Assembly (NCBI GenBank): GCA_050084985.1
Contig: JBITNC010000001.1
Location: forward strand, 141,608,001 to 141,672,000
Direction of reading: 5' to 3'
From: Nageia nagi
Lineage: Eukaryota > Plantae > Pinophyta
Length of the DNA: 64,000 nucleotides
Made by a program: the position numbers and the translations under genes. Below, in pieces: positions 12,065 through 26,315 of this stretch. Each line of letters opens with the position of its first letter. The first letter of the stretch is position 1. A model generated the notes under the pieces. It saw nothing but the letters and a program-made list of their open reading frames with translations, was not told the DNA's origin and searched no databases.

Positions 12065-12518
12065 CAAATCCATACAAAAGCCTTCCCATGGCATATAATA
12101 TGATGAAAATAATAAGATAATCATATATCAAAATGATATTTTAAAAGATAAAATATTATCTTCTTGTAACTCCATCAATTTAAGAAAATATTTATGAAAT
12201 TATATGAATGTAAAAACATTATTATAAAGTTTAGTAAACCATATAAGTTTACTCCACATATTGGTAAGAAGATATACAAGTCTAGATGAATCTTGATTTA
12301 TAAATCTACATAAAGCCTTCCCATGACATATAATATGATGAAAATAATAAGATAAACATAGATCAAAATGATATTTTAAAATAGAAAATATGGTCTTCTT
12401 GTAGCTCCATCCATTCAAGAAAATATGTATGAAATTAAATGAATGTTAAAAACTTATTTTAAAGTATAGTATAACCATATATAGGTACTTAACATATTGG
12501 TAAGATGATATACAAGTA
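12065..12518. repeat. Two-copy tandem duplication, period ~235 bp
   Basis: AAAGCCTTCCCATGRCATATAATATGATGAAAATAATAAGATAA at ~12077 and ~12312; both copies end CATATTGGTAAGAWGATATACAAGT. Confidence 0.9.
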
Positions 12519-13599
12519 AGAGATATGACCAATAATCAATATCCATCTAGACTTATATTGACTAAAATAGAATTGTAAATAAAGTTCATATCATGTACTA
12601 ATCATATAACTATATGATAAAGGATGTTTTTCGGCTAATCAAAATCATTTTTAATTAATGTGAAAATCATCTTCACCCTTAGGAAATCATCAAAAGACTA
12701 ATATAATGGGAAAGAATATTACTAAAATATGTCATTCAAGAATATATCGATAATTTCCTTCTATAGCATGTACAATTCAAGCTTTAAGGCCTAATCTCTC
12801 CTAAGGGGGATAGCTTATTATATATGTACTTTATGTCATATTTTAAAGATACTATTATTGGTAAATAGATATTACTCATTATTGTAATGAAGGAGTTACA
12901 TGTTACATCTTATTATAAGGGAATATAACTATTGATCATAGTTTTGTAATACAAGCTCCCTTGGATTACAATCATAATCTCTTTATTGAAGGGACTAACA
13001 CAAGTGTCAATTCCATATTCGGAGTAGGTTGGTTCCTAATCTATTGAAATGGTAGTCTAACTATCTCAATAATAGAGTGCATGAAAGAAATAAAAAGGCA
13101 TAGGGAGAAAGAAAGAAATGAGAGGAAATATCCTTGACCAACATGAGCTTCCATAAGACAAGAACAAGTTTGATAGAATTTAGTCTCACAATCATTAATT
13201 CATGCAATACATTCCAATTTACAAGTTATCAAATACTTCTAATGGATGCATATTAGATAATAATTACCTCAATAATCATGAAGTGCAACTAAGAAAATCA
13301 CACAACAATTTAAGAAAAGTACATGATCTGTCATCGCTGAGAGGGTAAATAAAAATACTTAATATTTCTAGGTGTAATAAACATTAAAAAGTGAAAATGA
13401 CTAAAATACTTGACTATTATTACATTCACCTTGGTTATATTTATAGTATAAAAGTTCAACAAAATAAAACCTCTAGAATGGTGGTGATAAAATAAAAATA
13501 AGAAAATATCTATCTAAGTAAACTACATCTAAATGTTTAACAAGTACTAAAATGAGCATATAAATATCATGTCTATAAGAGTTTGCAAGTTTAGTTAAC

Positions 13600-16500
13600 C
13601 AAAATAACTGATAGAATTAGATTCTTGATAATGCAAGTGAAGCCATTTGGGATTGATTTTGATCTCCAAAATATTCTTCAAGATTAAATCTATCATTGGT
13701 ATCAACTTAACTAATTTATAACTGAACAACCATCACTTGGTTCTTTTATCATTTCTTATATTTTTTTTGATAATTTTATACTATATCAAATATCTTATGG
13801 TCTTGAACTACACTATCGCATCATTCTATGAATTACCTTACCACTTTGAATCCTTTTATAGTTCATTTTTGTATTATATTTTTCATTTTTATTTACCATG
13901 GTCTAGGAAAAATATAGGTGACATCATTAATACTAAAGAGAAGTGAGTTTTAAATACTTTCATTAGACTACTTTTATCAAGATGTGGGATCAAAAATCAT
14001 GATATCATCCTTCAAAAAATGTAACATTCATCTTTGAGAACTTGATGTTGTGATGTAGGTAGTTGAATGTTGACATCATCATCTCTAAAATATGATAAAG
14101 TGACTTTACTTGATGAAACACACCTTTCCATAATTCAATAACCATTTGATGGTGTGGGTCAATGAAAACTACAATATTAATAAAAATTAGTATCCAAATT
14201 TATAGTTGTGATGCAACATTATTGAAGTTGATGTTATTTATTGCAAAATACAACATTTGAGTAACATCTCTTAAACTTAGGCCATTAAGTTCAAAACTTT
14301 GCTGATACCTTTAATTGTAAATATGTGTATACATTATGGTAACTTGCAAGGGGAAATTTGTACCACCAAATGTATAACCTAGACTTCATTCATAACTGGA
14401 GGATGGAGCTCCCAACATTACTTTTAATTTCACCCAATATTCTTTTGTAGGGATATCAAAATTACCTATATCGAACTGGATCAAAATAAACTAATTTGTG
14501 CTAACAAAATTTATATGCTTATGCATTGAAGTTAATATTTTTATTATTGCCTAGATAGTCATTTGATTCACCATGAACTCTATTAGCTTGTTTCTTTCTG
14601 CATTAGGAGTTTCTTATGTGAACTCTTGTTGGTTATTTTTTATTTATGTAATTATTGCTTAAAACTCTTAGTTTGTCAAGGAGACCCCCTCAAGTGTACA
14701 AACATTTGGAATTTGAAATATTTTTAATGAACCTAAATCTTTAGATAACTTGGTTACTTGAGCTACAAATGTATTTATGAGCTAATCCTCTTTTTCCACT
14801 ATTTCTTCTATAGTTAAGATTGCATGGGTCATTAACAACAATGTTTCTCAATATTCTATAGTTACACTAGAATCCTGCAAGGTACCTAGTGCATTCAATT
14901 TCCTTTGGACATACTTTTCCTTAATAGACTACATGAAATCCTAGATGAAATATATGGATTTTACATCTTCTATAATATTCATCCATTATTTCTTCCTCAT
15001 TTAAGTTACCACATGTGTGTCAAAAGGTACAAAGCTCATTCTCTACTGAACTATGATAGGTTGAGCTTCAAATTCTCATAATCCAAATTTAGTCTTGACA
15101 TTTTTTTACTTTAAGCCTTCTTATAAAATTATCTTGATTACTCATCTCTTCATATATCTATAACAAATTTGCGTACGTTCCACTTACTATAGTCCTTAGA
15201 TCTTCTTTCTCTATATTCCATAGTTTGTAATTTTGTCTCTAGTTGCTGGACTTATGAATTTTATTTTACCAAGTTGCACATTCCTCCATCATTTGTTTGA
15301 TTTTAAAGGCTAGTTGGTGCTTAGCCTTTTCTACTTATATTTTAATTTATGCTATTTCTTGATATTTGGATACTAATTGAGCATCCTTATAATTTACCAC
15401 TTTTTATGAAGGAGAGAAATTTAATATATGTTGTAATGTTTCAATCTAGCTTATGAGGGATCTGATTGAGGATTGACCATTTACTAGCCTCTTTTACACA
15501 TTTCTTGCTTTTCTTTCTCTCTATTGAATTTTCTTTCAAACTAAGATGCATCTAAGTTGATTAGGTACAACCCTCTAATGGAAAATTTAGTTTTATCTTC
15601 ATAACTTACTTTATCATACTTGATGAAAAATACCAAACTTACCATTTGAGAGGATCTTTTCCTTGTAATGACAGCTTGATGATAGCCATGTGTCATTTCT
15701 TTTATTGTAAGTTCAATATTTTCTTCACATGTATTTGATTTGGTACAGGAGGGAGCTCTTTATGGTTTTTATGTAATCATGGGCTGAAGATTGCCTTTTT
15801 CTTCTCATATTCCTCATATGTATCTTTGAGACTCAAGGTACAACTTTCTAGGTCAAGATACAGGAAAATAGTGAGGGTTGTATTTGACATGGGGGTACCT
15901 AGGGATAAGATAATTTTACTTCTAGCTAGAGAAAATATATTAGTGTAGATACCATGTTGGGAAATGACTAGAATATTAGAGATGATTTTAGGTTTCTCAT
16001 TTGGATTTTTAGGGGATATAGGTTGAGTATCCATGCTAGTCTCACTCTATCTAGTAACATCATCTCTAAATACTGATTGATATGGACATATTTATCAAAT
16101 TAGGGATGTTTATAGAGTTAGAACTTGAGTATTTATTTAGGTTTTAGCTTGAAATGAATTCCTAAAAGTAGTTATAAAAGGGGTATATAATTTTTTTTCC
16201 ATGTGTTCTTTAGAAGAAAGGTCAAGATTCAAATGATACGTAACCCTGATTGGATTTGCAATGGTTGATCCTACTTAGCCTTCAACAACTATTTCTCTGT
16301 CCATCAGATTTATCTAGCACTTGTCTTATTCTCCTTATTTATTTGGATGGGGTACCTCTACTTTAGCCTCTTTTTCCTTCATTTCTTCTATAGTTTCCTC
16401 ATATTTTAGAGTGATAACTTGAGATTGAGTTACTTTTAAGGTCATTTCCATTAATTTTGACTTCTTTCTTTAGAACCAACCCTACATTTTTTACTTTTTT

Positions 16501-17735
16501 TTATTTTATTTTTATCTTCATAATTATTTATCTTACATGGGATTCTTTCCATGGTCTCTTAATTTTGAGTCCTTTTTCCTTTTTTCTTGGTTGGACTATA
16601 TTTTCTTCATCATAGTATTTATTTAATTTTACATCTTAGTATAGTCCCAAGTGGTCAAGCAAATTTGAGAATTTTTCCTATATCAGATGAATGCTTATTG
16701 CTTTTGTAGGCTCCAACTGTTGTTATCTAAATTGGTTTTTAAGTTTTTAGATAACTCTTTGCTATTTTATAGGTTGAAATCTTTGGTATTTTGGTAAAAG
16801 TTCCTCCACTCTATCTTAGGAATAAATTATCCACTAGTTTCTACTAAGAAGAGATCATCCTTTGCAATTTTTTAGATTTGTTTATACTCAGTATTTGAAG
16901 TTGCATGAAATTTGAGGGGCTTGATATTAATGCTATTGATTTTACCAATGAATATTTTCATAAGATCATAATCCCATGCTATGCTAATATCTTAGAGTTG
17001 AAATATGAGCATCCTCATGGTAATCATGGACCAACAAATTTTTTCTTTGATGGTGATTCCTTTATAGAAAAATAGGGTTTTATATATTCTTTTATTTACT
17101 CTTTTTCTTCCCTATTTTGCTTATATAAAGTATGTTTATTAATAATACTCCATGTAAATAACCAATCAATAACATAAAAATAAATTTGCACAACCTTTCC
17201 ATAAAATCCATACAACTATATGTTGGTGTACTTCTTTATGGATTACCAATCTCCTTCTTCAAACATATTTGTTCTCAATTTATTCACGATATTGGGAGGA
17301 AGTCATGGAATTAGAGCTCTTTTTATTAGTGAAAGTGTGGTACCTAAGAATAATTATATAAAATCATGATAAGAGTTATCTAGGATCATCCTATTTGTCC
17401 ACTAGTCTATGGGTTATGGCTTCCCATCTTCACCTTGCATTTGTAACTGTAACCTAAGTAATCTTTCTAGATATTGATATAAAAATAACCAAAAAATACA
17501 TGAACCATAGTGAAAAGAGGATATTTGTGCAAGGATGCTTTACCTTTATTTAATGAATGAAGCTAAATACTCAACCCAATTAAATAATATTGGTTATTAT
17601 GGATGTGTAATTGCATATGCTTGGGCCATTTGGTTCCTAGTTACCACTTAATCATTTCTTCATACAAACACTTTGATAATAATGGATAAGATAAATTATA
17701 AATTGTATTTGAATGCACTAATGGAAGTTTATTAT
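13600..17735 (-). mobile_element. Highly decayed Ty3/gypsy gag-protease remnant (host of the 17741-26315 insertion; continues after 26320)
   Basis: Minus-strand traces of gag (ALxW...LPPNI near 17300) and of the post-protease LLGRPWI...VKFP region near 14350-14430. Boundaries uncertain. Confidence 0.5.
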
Positions 17736-17740
17736 GTTGG

Positions 17741-18440
17741 TATTAACACCTAAAAAGGAATATTATTTTAATTAAAATACCCTTTTAAGTATTCAAAATA
17801 ATTTATTAAATAAATGATTTTATCATTATGCATACTCATATACCTTTATGTTTTATTATAACATGTTAGCTCAACATCATAATAAGTGTAAGGAGGAGCC
17901 TTAGCACTAGATTTGTTACCCATAAAGGTGGAGGGGTTATGCATGATCAAATACATGACATGACATAACATAATCCTGAATCCTTGATAGGTTGAAATAT
18001 ACTTGTGTTATTCTTGTATGGTCTTTCTTAATGCCACCTATCATTTTTGGATTTTGTTATACTTTAAGAATTGTATTCCTATGATATTTTTATCCATTTG
18101 TGAGCGATATTCTAACCATCGAAGGTGATAAGATAATATTAAGTGAAAGTTTAAGGTAATCATATAGTCTTGTTGGGTTCCTACCACTAGCATTGGGTTG
18201 AGGATGGATCTGTGGCTCCATTCTTTAGAGAATCTCCTTGTTCATCCTCTTTTAGTTGGATATTACCTTTGTTGTTTGTAATAGGTAAAGTATAGGCTTG
18301 TATATTTCATAAATCCAATTTGATAGGTCAAGGTCAATTAGGTCATTATCATATTTCATATCATCATTTAATGCTATTGTATGATTAATTAATTATATTG
18401 AATATAAATAACCCTAATTATTATTATTTTGGTTATAAAA
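17741..18440 (+). repeat. 5' LTR of Tat element (~700 bp)
   Basis: Collinear with 25590-26315 (e.g. CATAATCCTGAATCCTTGATAGGTKGAAATATACTTGTGT). Confidence 0.92.
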
Positions 18441-18547
18441 ATTGGTGAACTTAACTCCTTTTTGATACATCATGTTATCCTTCACTAGTTGCATCAAAAC
18501 CCTAAGATTTTGGATAGGACTAATCTTTCATTTCAAGAGTTTTAGAA

Positions 18548-21500
18548 ATGGAACCAACAACATTTCTTTCCATGGTAAATAGCTTTGATGAGGTAACCAA
18601 ATATAATTAGAAGAAAATGCTTTATGAAAATGAAGAAAGAAGTGAAGCCTCTAACATTGGGGGCAATAGTTGATCCATTGGAGCTACTCCACCTATGTCT
18701 AGGGATTCAAACCTACTATGTGATGAGATTCACTTTACTAGGGCATTGGATTAATAATTAGAACCAAATTTTAAAACATATAATGGTGAGGGATACCTTA
18801 CAGCTCATATTAAAGCTTTCAAAATGAAGTTCAAATTTCATTTTGGGTAAATGATAATATGATGGCTAAATATTCCCTACTACATTTAGAGGTGATGCAC
18901 TCAATTATCTTTACCCACTAAATCCATTAATTGCTATGCATAACTTATCTCATAATTTTATATCCATTTCAAATATCGTGCTCCTAGAAAAATGATAGTT
19001 TCAAACTTAGTTAGTGCTATCTAATTTCCAAATGAAAGATTTGACAAATTTCCATAAACATTCCAAAAAATATAGAACATGATTTTTGAACCTCTATTCG
19101 AGTCTCATGTCACCTCCATGTTTATCCACAATATCGATCCCAAATTGAAAATCATAGCTTTTGATTATATGAAACTTCCATTTACATAAATTATGCATAT
19201 GCTTACCCAAAAAGAGAAGTGCTTAGTTGATATGGATGACTTGAAATATAAAAATCCTACTAAGGAAACAAATGGTAGAGGACATAAAAAAAAGAAAGAT
19301 AAAGAGGTCCATGCCATATAATAACCCCTAACCAAAGAGTAATAAAAGAGTCAAGCAAAGCAAAATTTTAGGAAGAACACTAGGTTACCTTTAGCTCCTG
19401 CCATTATGTTCAAGAATTGTTTACAAAAAGAACTAATCAAACGTAATCCAAAATAATAACTAGGTCCCCATGATGATAAACCTAGGTGGTACAATGAAGT
19501 AGAATTTTATGAATATCATAAGGTTAAAGATAAAAAAATAAATGGTTGCATGATCCTAAGAAAATAATTGCAAAAATTATTAAATATCATAAGGTTAAAG
19601 TTCAAAAAATGAATTCTTGCATGATCCCAAGAAAATAATTACAAAATTTATTGGATAATGGAAAAATATAGCATGAGGTTCATGCAGTTGACTCAAAGGA
19701 AGCCAAAACACTTAAAATGATATTTAACCATTAATTATGCAACACCAATAGGAGAGGAAGGCCTAAAGAGAGTGTTAATCTAGATACTATAGAAATAATA
19801 GAAGTCCCTTATAATTCTGGCATGCAACAACTCCTTAAGAAACTAAAGGTAACTCATGCCAAGATAAGTATTTTTGAACTTTTGTAATTATTAGTTGATC
19901 ATATAAATACCTTATTTGATGCATTCAATAAAATTGAAGTTGATTTAGATATTATTATTGATAAATTTATGGATTAGTAGCTAATCTTAATACTAATTTA
20001 GTTTGTAATATGCTTTGCTTTAAAGAGAGTGAATTGCCTAGTAAAGATATTATTAAAAAGAATTTAGGATTATATATCCATGTTAATATTAATTGTATTC
20101 CAATTGAAAAAGCATTGCTTGAAACTAGTTCCAATGTAAATTTTTGTTCAACTAAATTATTAAAAAAATATTTTCCTTTGATTTATGCAAAAAATGGAAA
20201 GAACCACCATTAGTATAAAAGGACTTCATAATATTGAAAAAAATGTATTGGATATGTATCCTTTCCTATTGAAGTAGGAGGAAAAATTGTTCATCAAAAA
20301 GTCTATGTTTTTAAATTAAAATTGTTATATAACTTATTTCTTGGTAGACTATGTATCCATAAGATTAGGGCTATTACTTCCACATTGCATCAGTCAATTG
20401 AATTTATTCACAAAGATAAGTAGGTTACTATTCATGGAGAAGAAAACCCTATAAATATATGTCAATCATTTGAGAGATCTTAGATACCTCACAATTTGGT
20501 TGAAAGTGAGGAGGATACACCAACACTTGTCAATGATGTCAATCTGCAAGAGGTAAATCATGAAGCACACAAAATACCAAATATTGATATTTGGGAGAAC
20601 TTTAGAGAGCTTAGATGACCCCTTTCTATCTTGGGAACCTAACACTACTACTTGGAAAAGGATGAAATCAAGCACCACCACTCCATTCCTGAGAAGGAAA
20701 AATATCTTGTTTAAGATGTGAATTTGATCTATCATGAACATGAAGAAAAATGTGCATAAAAAATGAGGATATTATTTCTATCTCACAAGTTTTGTCAATC
20801 CAAGTAAGTATGCATTTTAATAGTATCAATTTCTCTTTTTGCTAACCAATACATGCATAAATATTAATATGGTGGAAAAGGATTAGGTAAGAATGAGTAG
20901 GGTATCATAGAGCCTATCCCAAATAAAGGTCAAAACAAGAGAACAATCGATGTTGAATTTGATGAGTCTACACCTATCTCAGCCTCATCAACTCCAATCA
21001 TTCAAAATCTTGATAACAATGATTAGGTTTTCACCAAAGATATCTTTGATTAATGGATGCAATGTAGCATGATGTATGGTCCTATGGAATAATTACAAGC
21101 TTATTATAAAAATTCATTCTTACCTCCTACTGATTTAGTTTGAGTGGAAATTTACTAGGATGATGATGTTATTCTTGAGAAGCTAGGGGCATGAAGTAAG
21201 TTTCCTAAATTAAGTGAAAAGAGTATCATAACTTGGTTCATGCAACATCAAGTTTATTTTAGTGAGGAGGTATGCATAAATGATGCAAACATGGTATTTT
21301 ATATGCTTACCTTTTCTTTTTTCTTTTGTTTATTTTTTTGTTGATTCATTCCTAAGTCTAGGTAGATAGTATTTCAATGCCAATCATCTCTTTTCCTTAA
21401 TATAGTGACATTGCTAGAATCCTAGCATTGTCACTTTATTATTCATATTTATTATAACTAATTTTGGATGCAATAATGGGGGAATTTTCTATGCCTCCCC

Positions 21501-24500
21501 AAATTAGTGACAAAATATCCTATATTAGTGAGGAAATAATAAAAGTAAACATCGATACATAAGAAGACCTAAAGTTGACCAAAAAAGGATCTTGGTTAAA
21601 CTTATAAGAACATAAAAGGTACCACCTAATATTAAAATAACTATATAATATATTTTCTTGGTATTATTATGATATTCCTAGTCTTGATCTTGAGTTTTTC
21701 ACCCATAGCCTCATTATCAATGAAAATGTGAAACTAGTCTAACAAAAACCTAGAAAGATGCATCCTATCATAACCCTTACTATTAAAAAAGAAATCAAAA
21801 AGTATATTACTACTAGTTTATTTTTTCCCATTGATTATTCTCCATGTATTTCTAATATTATTCCTACAACTAAGCCTAATGGTGAAATAAGATGTAGAAA
21901 TTTTTAAGATATCAACAAGGCATGTCCTAAAGATGTCTTTCCTTTACCTAACATGATATGAAATTTTATCTTTCATGGGTGGTTTTTTTGGCTACAATAA
22001 AATAAGGATCAATAAAGAGGATAAACATAAGATAGCTTTTATTACTCCTTGGGGCACATTTTGTTGGGTGGTCATACCTTTTGGTATAAAGGTTGCAAGT
22101 GCAACTTATCAAAGAGCATTGGTGACTATGTTCTATGATATGATCCATTACAATGTTGATGTTTATGTTGATGATATACTAGCCAATTCTATAACCAAAT
22201 ATGATCATATTTTAGATTTAACTTTTTTTTTCCAATAAATGAGAGAATACATGTTGAAGTCAAAGCCTCAAAAGTGTGCATTCATAGTCTCATCTAGTAA
22301 ATTGCTTGGTTTAATTATTTTAAGAAGAGCTATATAGGTATATCCTAAGAAATTTTCAACCATTATTGATATGCCTCCTCCTAAGAATTTGAAATATTTT
22401 ATAATTATTCAAGGAAAAGTTCAATTTGTCAAAAGGTTCATTGCCCAGTTAGAAAATATGACTTACCAATTTTCTCATTTATTGAATAAAGATCAGAAAT
22501 TCATTTTGGATGAAAAGTATGAAAAGGATTTGGATAAAATAAAAAGGTACCTTACTAGTGATCTAGTTTTAGTCCCCTATTATTCAAATAAGAGTTTGTT
22601 GCTTTATGTTTCAACAACATTAAGTGCATTAGGGACAATGCTAGGTCAAAAGGATGGCAATAATAAGGGAAGAGAATTTTAGTATATCAATAAGACTTTT
22701 CTTGATTATGAGATAAGGTACACTCCAATAGAAAATATGTGTTTTATAATAGTCTTCTAAACTAAAAAGTTAAGGTATTACATTCTTGGAAATACAACAT
22801 ATATCATAGGTTAGGCTAATCCTCTTAGATATCTCATGTCCAAATCATACCTATTTGCAAGAGTTGTAAAATGGGTAATGTTGCTTTAAGAGTTTGATTT
22901 GGTATTTTTCACATAGAAATCAATTAAAGGATAAGTTATAACAAATTTAATTACTAACCATCCATGAAACAAAGTATTGTAAACTCAGGAAGAGTTCCTA
23001 AATGAAGTGGATGGCTAGAATGATCATAATCCTAGCATCATTGCTATAGTGGAGCACTTTCACTCCATTTTTGAGCTTGAGTATCTTCAATTTTTTGTTG
23101 GATTTATGAAAAATGATGGATTGACCGTATTTGTTTTATGGTTCTTAGTGCATTCATATGGTATGGGAAGGAATTATCCTAATCAATCCTCACAATGATA
23201 CTAAGAAAATATAAGACCCTCATATTTCAAGCATATGGACCACATTTACTAAAAAATAATTAAAAAATATAAAATCTTATCAAATTGTAAAAAAACTTAT
23301 ATATTTGAAATATACACTCTTTAATCTATAATGGGTTTTAATTTCATGAAAAAATTCAATCAAAAACTCCATCAAACATATGCATGAAGTTAAGATTTTC
23401 CATCAAACTTGCCATGAACATATACTTGTAGGTCCAAGGCTAAGTGTTGGTTCACTAAGGCAAGTTTTTGATCTTAAATTTTATGCAAAATAATAGATTC
23501 AAATATTGAGATCTTGATATTAATAAATTAAAGTTAGGATCTTGATATTTGTACTTATTTTTTCTTTAAATATTGAGATCTTGATATTTATTGGGATCCT
23601 GAACCTAAATCAAGATCCCAATTTTTTTGATTTTGAATTTTTACTTAGTAGATTTTCCCCACTCACCATTGAAGTGGACCCAACTTCTTGATTTCACCCT
23701 TTAGTGCTCAACTTATCTATCAAAGGTTTCTTAGACTAGGTTATTATTGGCCCACTATGCTAGAAGATTATGCATTGCATGCTAATAAATGTCAAAAATA
23801 TCAAAATAATACTAAGATTCAACCTTCTCCTTGTCATGGTTTCCACTGTATTGTATCTGCTTGGCCTTTTTCTATTTGGGTACTTAATTTTATTTGTAAA
23901 TTTAACCTTGTTTCAAGATATGGCCTTAAGTTTATGATTACAACTATAGAATACTTCATAAAATGGGTGGAGGCTATACCCATGAATTCTACAAAAGGAG
24001 GTAAGATTGTTTAATTTCTTATTAAATTTATCATCTCTAGATATGTTTTGCCTTCTAAATTATTCATGGATAATGGTACAAGATTTAGAGGTAATGAAGT
24101 TAAAGAGTTTTGTAATAAATATCATATTAAAATAAAATTCTCCACACCTAATTATCCCTAAGGAAATGGTCAATCCAAAGCATCCAATGAATTCATTAAG
24201 AGTATCTTATACAAAACTATCATAAAGCATGTTAAAGATTAACATGAACAACTCACTTATGCTTTGTGGGTCTATAAAACAAGTATAAGGACTTCTATAG
24301 AGGAAATCCCTTTCTTCTTAATGGTGATGAAGTCCTAATTCTATTAGAGATAGAGATCCTATTTCTTCGTGTGTCATTAGATTATATCATTCTCAATGAA
24401 GATAGAAGCAAAGCTAGACTAGCCCAACTAGAAGTCTTAGATGAAAAATAGGTTAATTCTCTAGAAAATCTTTATGTCTATAATTCTAGAATCCAAAAAT

Positions 24501-24735
24501 CCTATAGCAAAAAGATCAATCCTAATGAGTTCAAAGTTCATGACCTAGTATTAAAAGAAATCTTTCCAATAGTAAATATCTAGAAAATAAAAAGAAAGGT
24601 AAGTTTTTACTTGACTGGATAGGTCCTTACATTATCATTGAAAATTATGGAAAAGGTGTATATAAATTATCCACAGTTAAAGGATAAGAACATAATTTAC
24701 TTAACGTTATACATTTGAAAAAACTTTATGTCTAA
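18548..24735 (+). pseudogene. gypsy gag-pol remnant with G-patch and additional RNase H
   Basis: Protease-like ALLETSSNVNFCS; G-patch YGGKGLGKNE*GIIEPI (~20868-20920); RT GFFGYNKIRI...AFITPWGTFCWVVIPFGIKVASATYQR...VYVDDIL; RNase H LLLYVSTT; aRH start ~23130; integrase RLGYYWPTM, WPFSIWVLNFI, EYFIKWVEAIP; ends HLKKLYV*. Confidence 0.93.
23199..23650. mobile_element. Non-autonomous CACTA-like DNA element (~452 bp) nested in the aRH domain
   Basis: Termini TACTAAGAAAA ... TTTTACTTAGTA (CACTA...TAGTG after C>T/G>A); GA duplicated on both flanks; subterminal repeats AAATATTGAGATCTTGATATT at 23500-23620. Confidence 0.65.
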
Positions 24736-25002
24736 TATTTTTCATAAAAAAATGCATTTCTCCATCTTGGGATACTAGCCTTTCAGGAGAATAAAGCAAT
24801 ATTCTAACAATGTCATTGTGTATCTAGTGATGTCTCTATGTTAAAATCATAAAAATATCCAAAATTTATTAATTTCCTCTAAGTCATGGTAAAATGAAAA
24901 AAAGATAATTCATTTCTTTATTTACCTTTCTTTTTCATAATATATTTCATCATAAATGATGCTTATAAAAACATATCAAATTTATTTCCATATCATTGTT
25001 CT

Positions 25003-25210
25003 TATCACTTGATGCCTTTGTAATAAATGGTCACTCTCATTAGAAAATCCATGGAAACATGGTGGCTTGGAAAACCAAGTTGATCACTTTTATCATTTGA
25101 TGCCTTTGTAAGGAAGGGTCAATCTTATCATTTGGTGCCTTTATAAGAAAGGTCCATCCATATAAAAAACCCATGGCAAAATGGTGGCTTGGAAAACCAA
25201 GATGATCAGT
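25003..25210 (+). repeat. Tandem repeats in the 3' UTR of the Tat element
   Basis: TATCAYTTGRTGCCTTT x3 and CCATGGMAAMATGGTGGCTTGGAAAACCAAG x2. Confidence 0.8.
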
Positions 25211-25589
25211 TTAAATTAGCAATTTATATTCATAACTCTTGGTGGGTAAGTCACCAAGGATAGGTTTTCTTTCTTATCACTTATATACTTTTTGTATCCT
25301 AATATTTAATTTCAACATTTGAAATATCTTGCACAAAACTATTTCTTGTTTAAGCTTTTTTTAGGTTCCCTTGTCTTTGCCTTGGATTGCTCCTATCATG
25401 AGATGTCCATCATGTCATAATAGAGTCAAAGAAGGGGTATAATATATGCAAAAATCTACAACATCCAAAGCTATAGTGATGAGATAGATTTTCAAGGAAT
25501 ACTTTCTTACTTTTCTTCTTATAATTTGAATTTATTATTTGATTATCTTTTGTGCCAAAAGCATGAAATCATATTCAAAGTGGGGCATC

Positions 25590-26315
25590 TTTTAACATCT
25601 AAAAAGAAATTTTCATTTAATTAAAATACCTTTTTAGGTATTCAAAATAATTTATTTAATTTATTAAATAAATGCTCTTATCATTATGAATACTCATCCA
25701 TGTTTATGTTTTATGATAATATGTTGGCTCAACATCACAATAAGCCTAAAGAGGAGCCTTAACACTAGACCTATTACCTATAAAAGGTGTAGGGGTTATG
25801 TATGATTTAATTTATGATATAACATGACATAATCCTGAATCCTTGATAGGTGGAAATATACTTGTGTCATTCTTGATTGGTATTTCTTAATTCCACCTAT
25901 CATTTTTGGATTTTATTATACTTTGAGCTTTGTATTCTTGCAATATTTTTATCAATTTATGAGTGATATTCTAACATCAAAGGTGATATGATTACATTGA
26001 ATGAAAGGATAAGGTACTCTAGAAAGGTAATTGGGTGGTGCCATTAGGTTCCTAGTGTTAGCACTAGGTTGAGATTATATCTGTAGCTTGTTAGTTGGAG
26101 AAGCTCATCATTTGTCCTTTTTTGGTTGAATATCACCTTCATTCATTTTAATAGGTAAATTACAAGTTTGTACCTTTCATAAAGCTAGTTTGATAGTTCA
26201 AGGTCAATTAGGCCATAGTCATTTTTGATGTCATCATTTACTATTATTCCATGATTAATTGATTAGATTTAATATACTATAAATAATCCTAATTATTATT
26301 ATTTTAGTTATAATA
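25590..26315 (+). repeat. 3' LTR of Tat element (~725 bp)
   Basis: Follows the PPT, matches 17741-18440, and is followed by TSD GTTGG. Confidence 0.92.

Larger units (their letters stand above)
17741..26315 (+). mobile_element. Two-LTR Ty3/gypsy retrotransposon, Tat clade (PR-RT-RH-aRH-IN order), degenerate, 5-bp TSD GTTGG
   Basis: LTRs at 17741-18440 and 25590-26315; GTTGG at 17736-17740 and 26316-26320; PPT AAAGTGGGGC at ~25577-25586; internal gag-pol. Confidence 0.95.
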
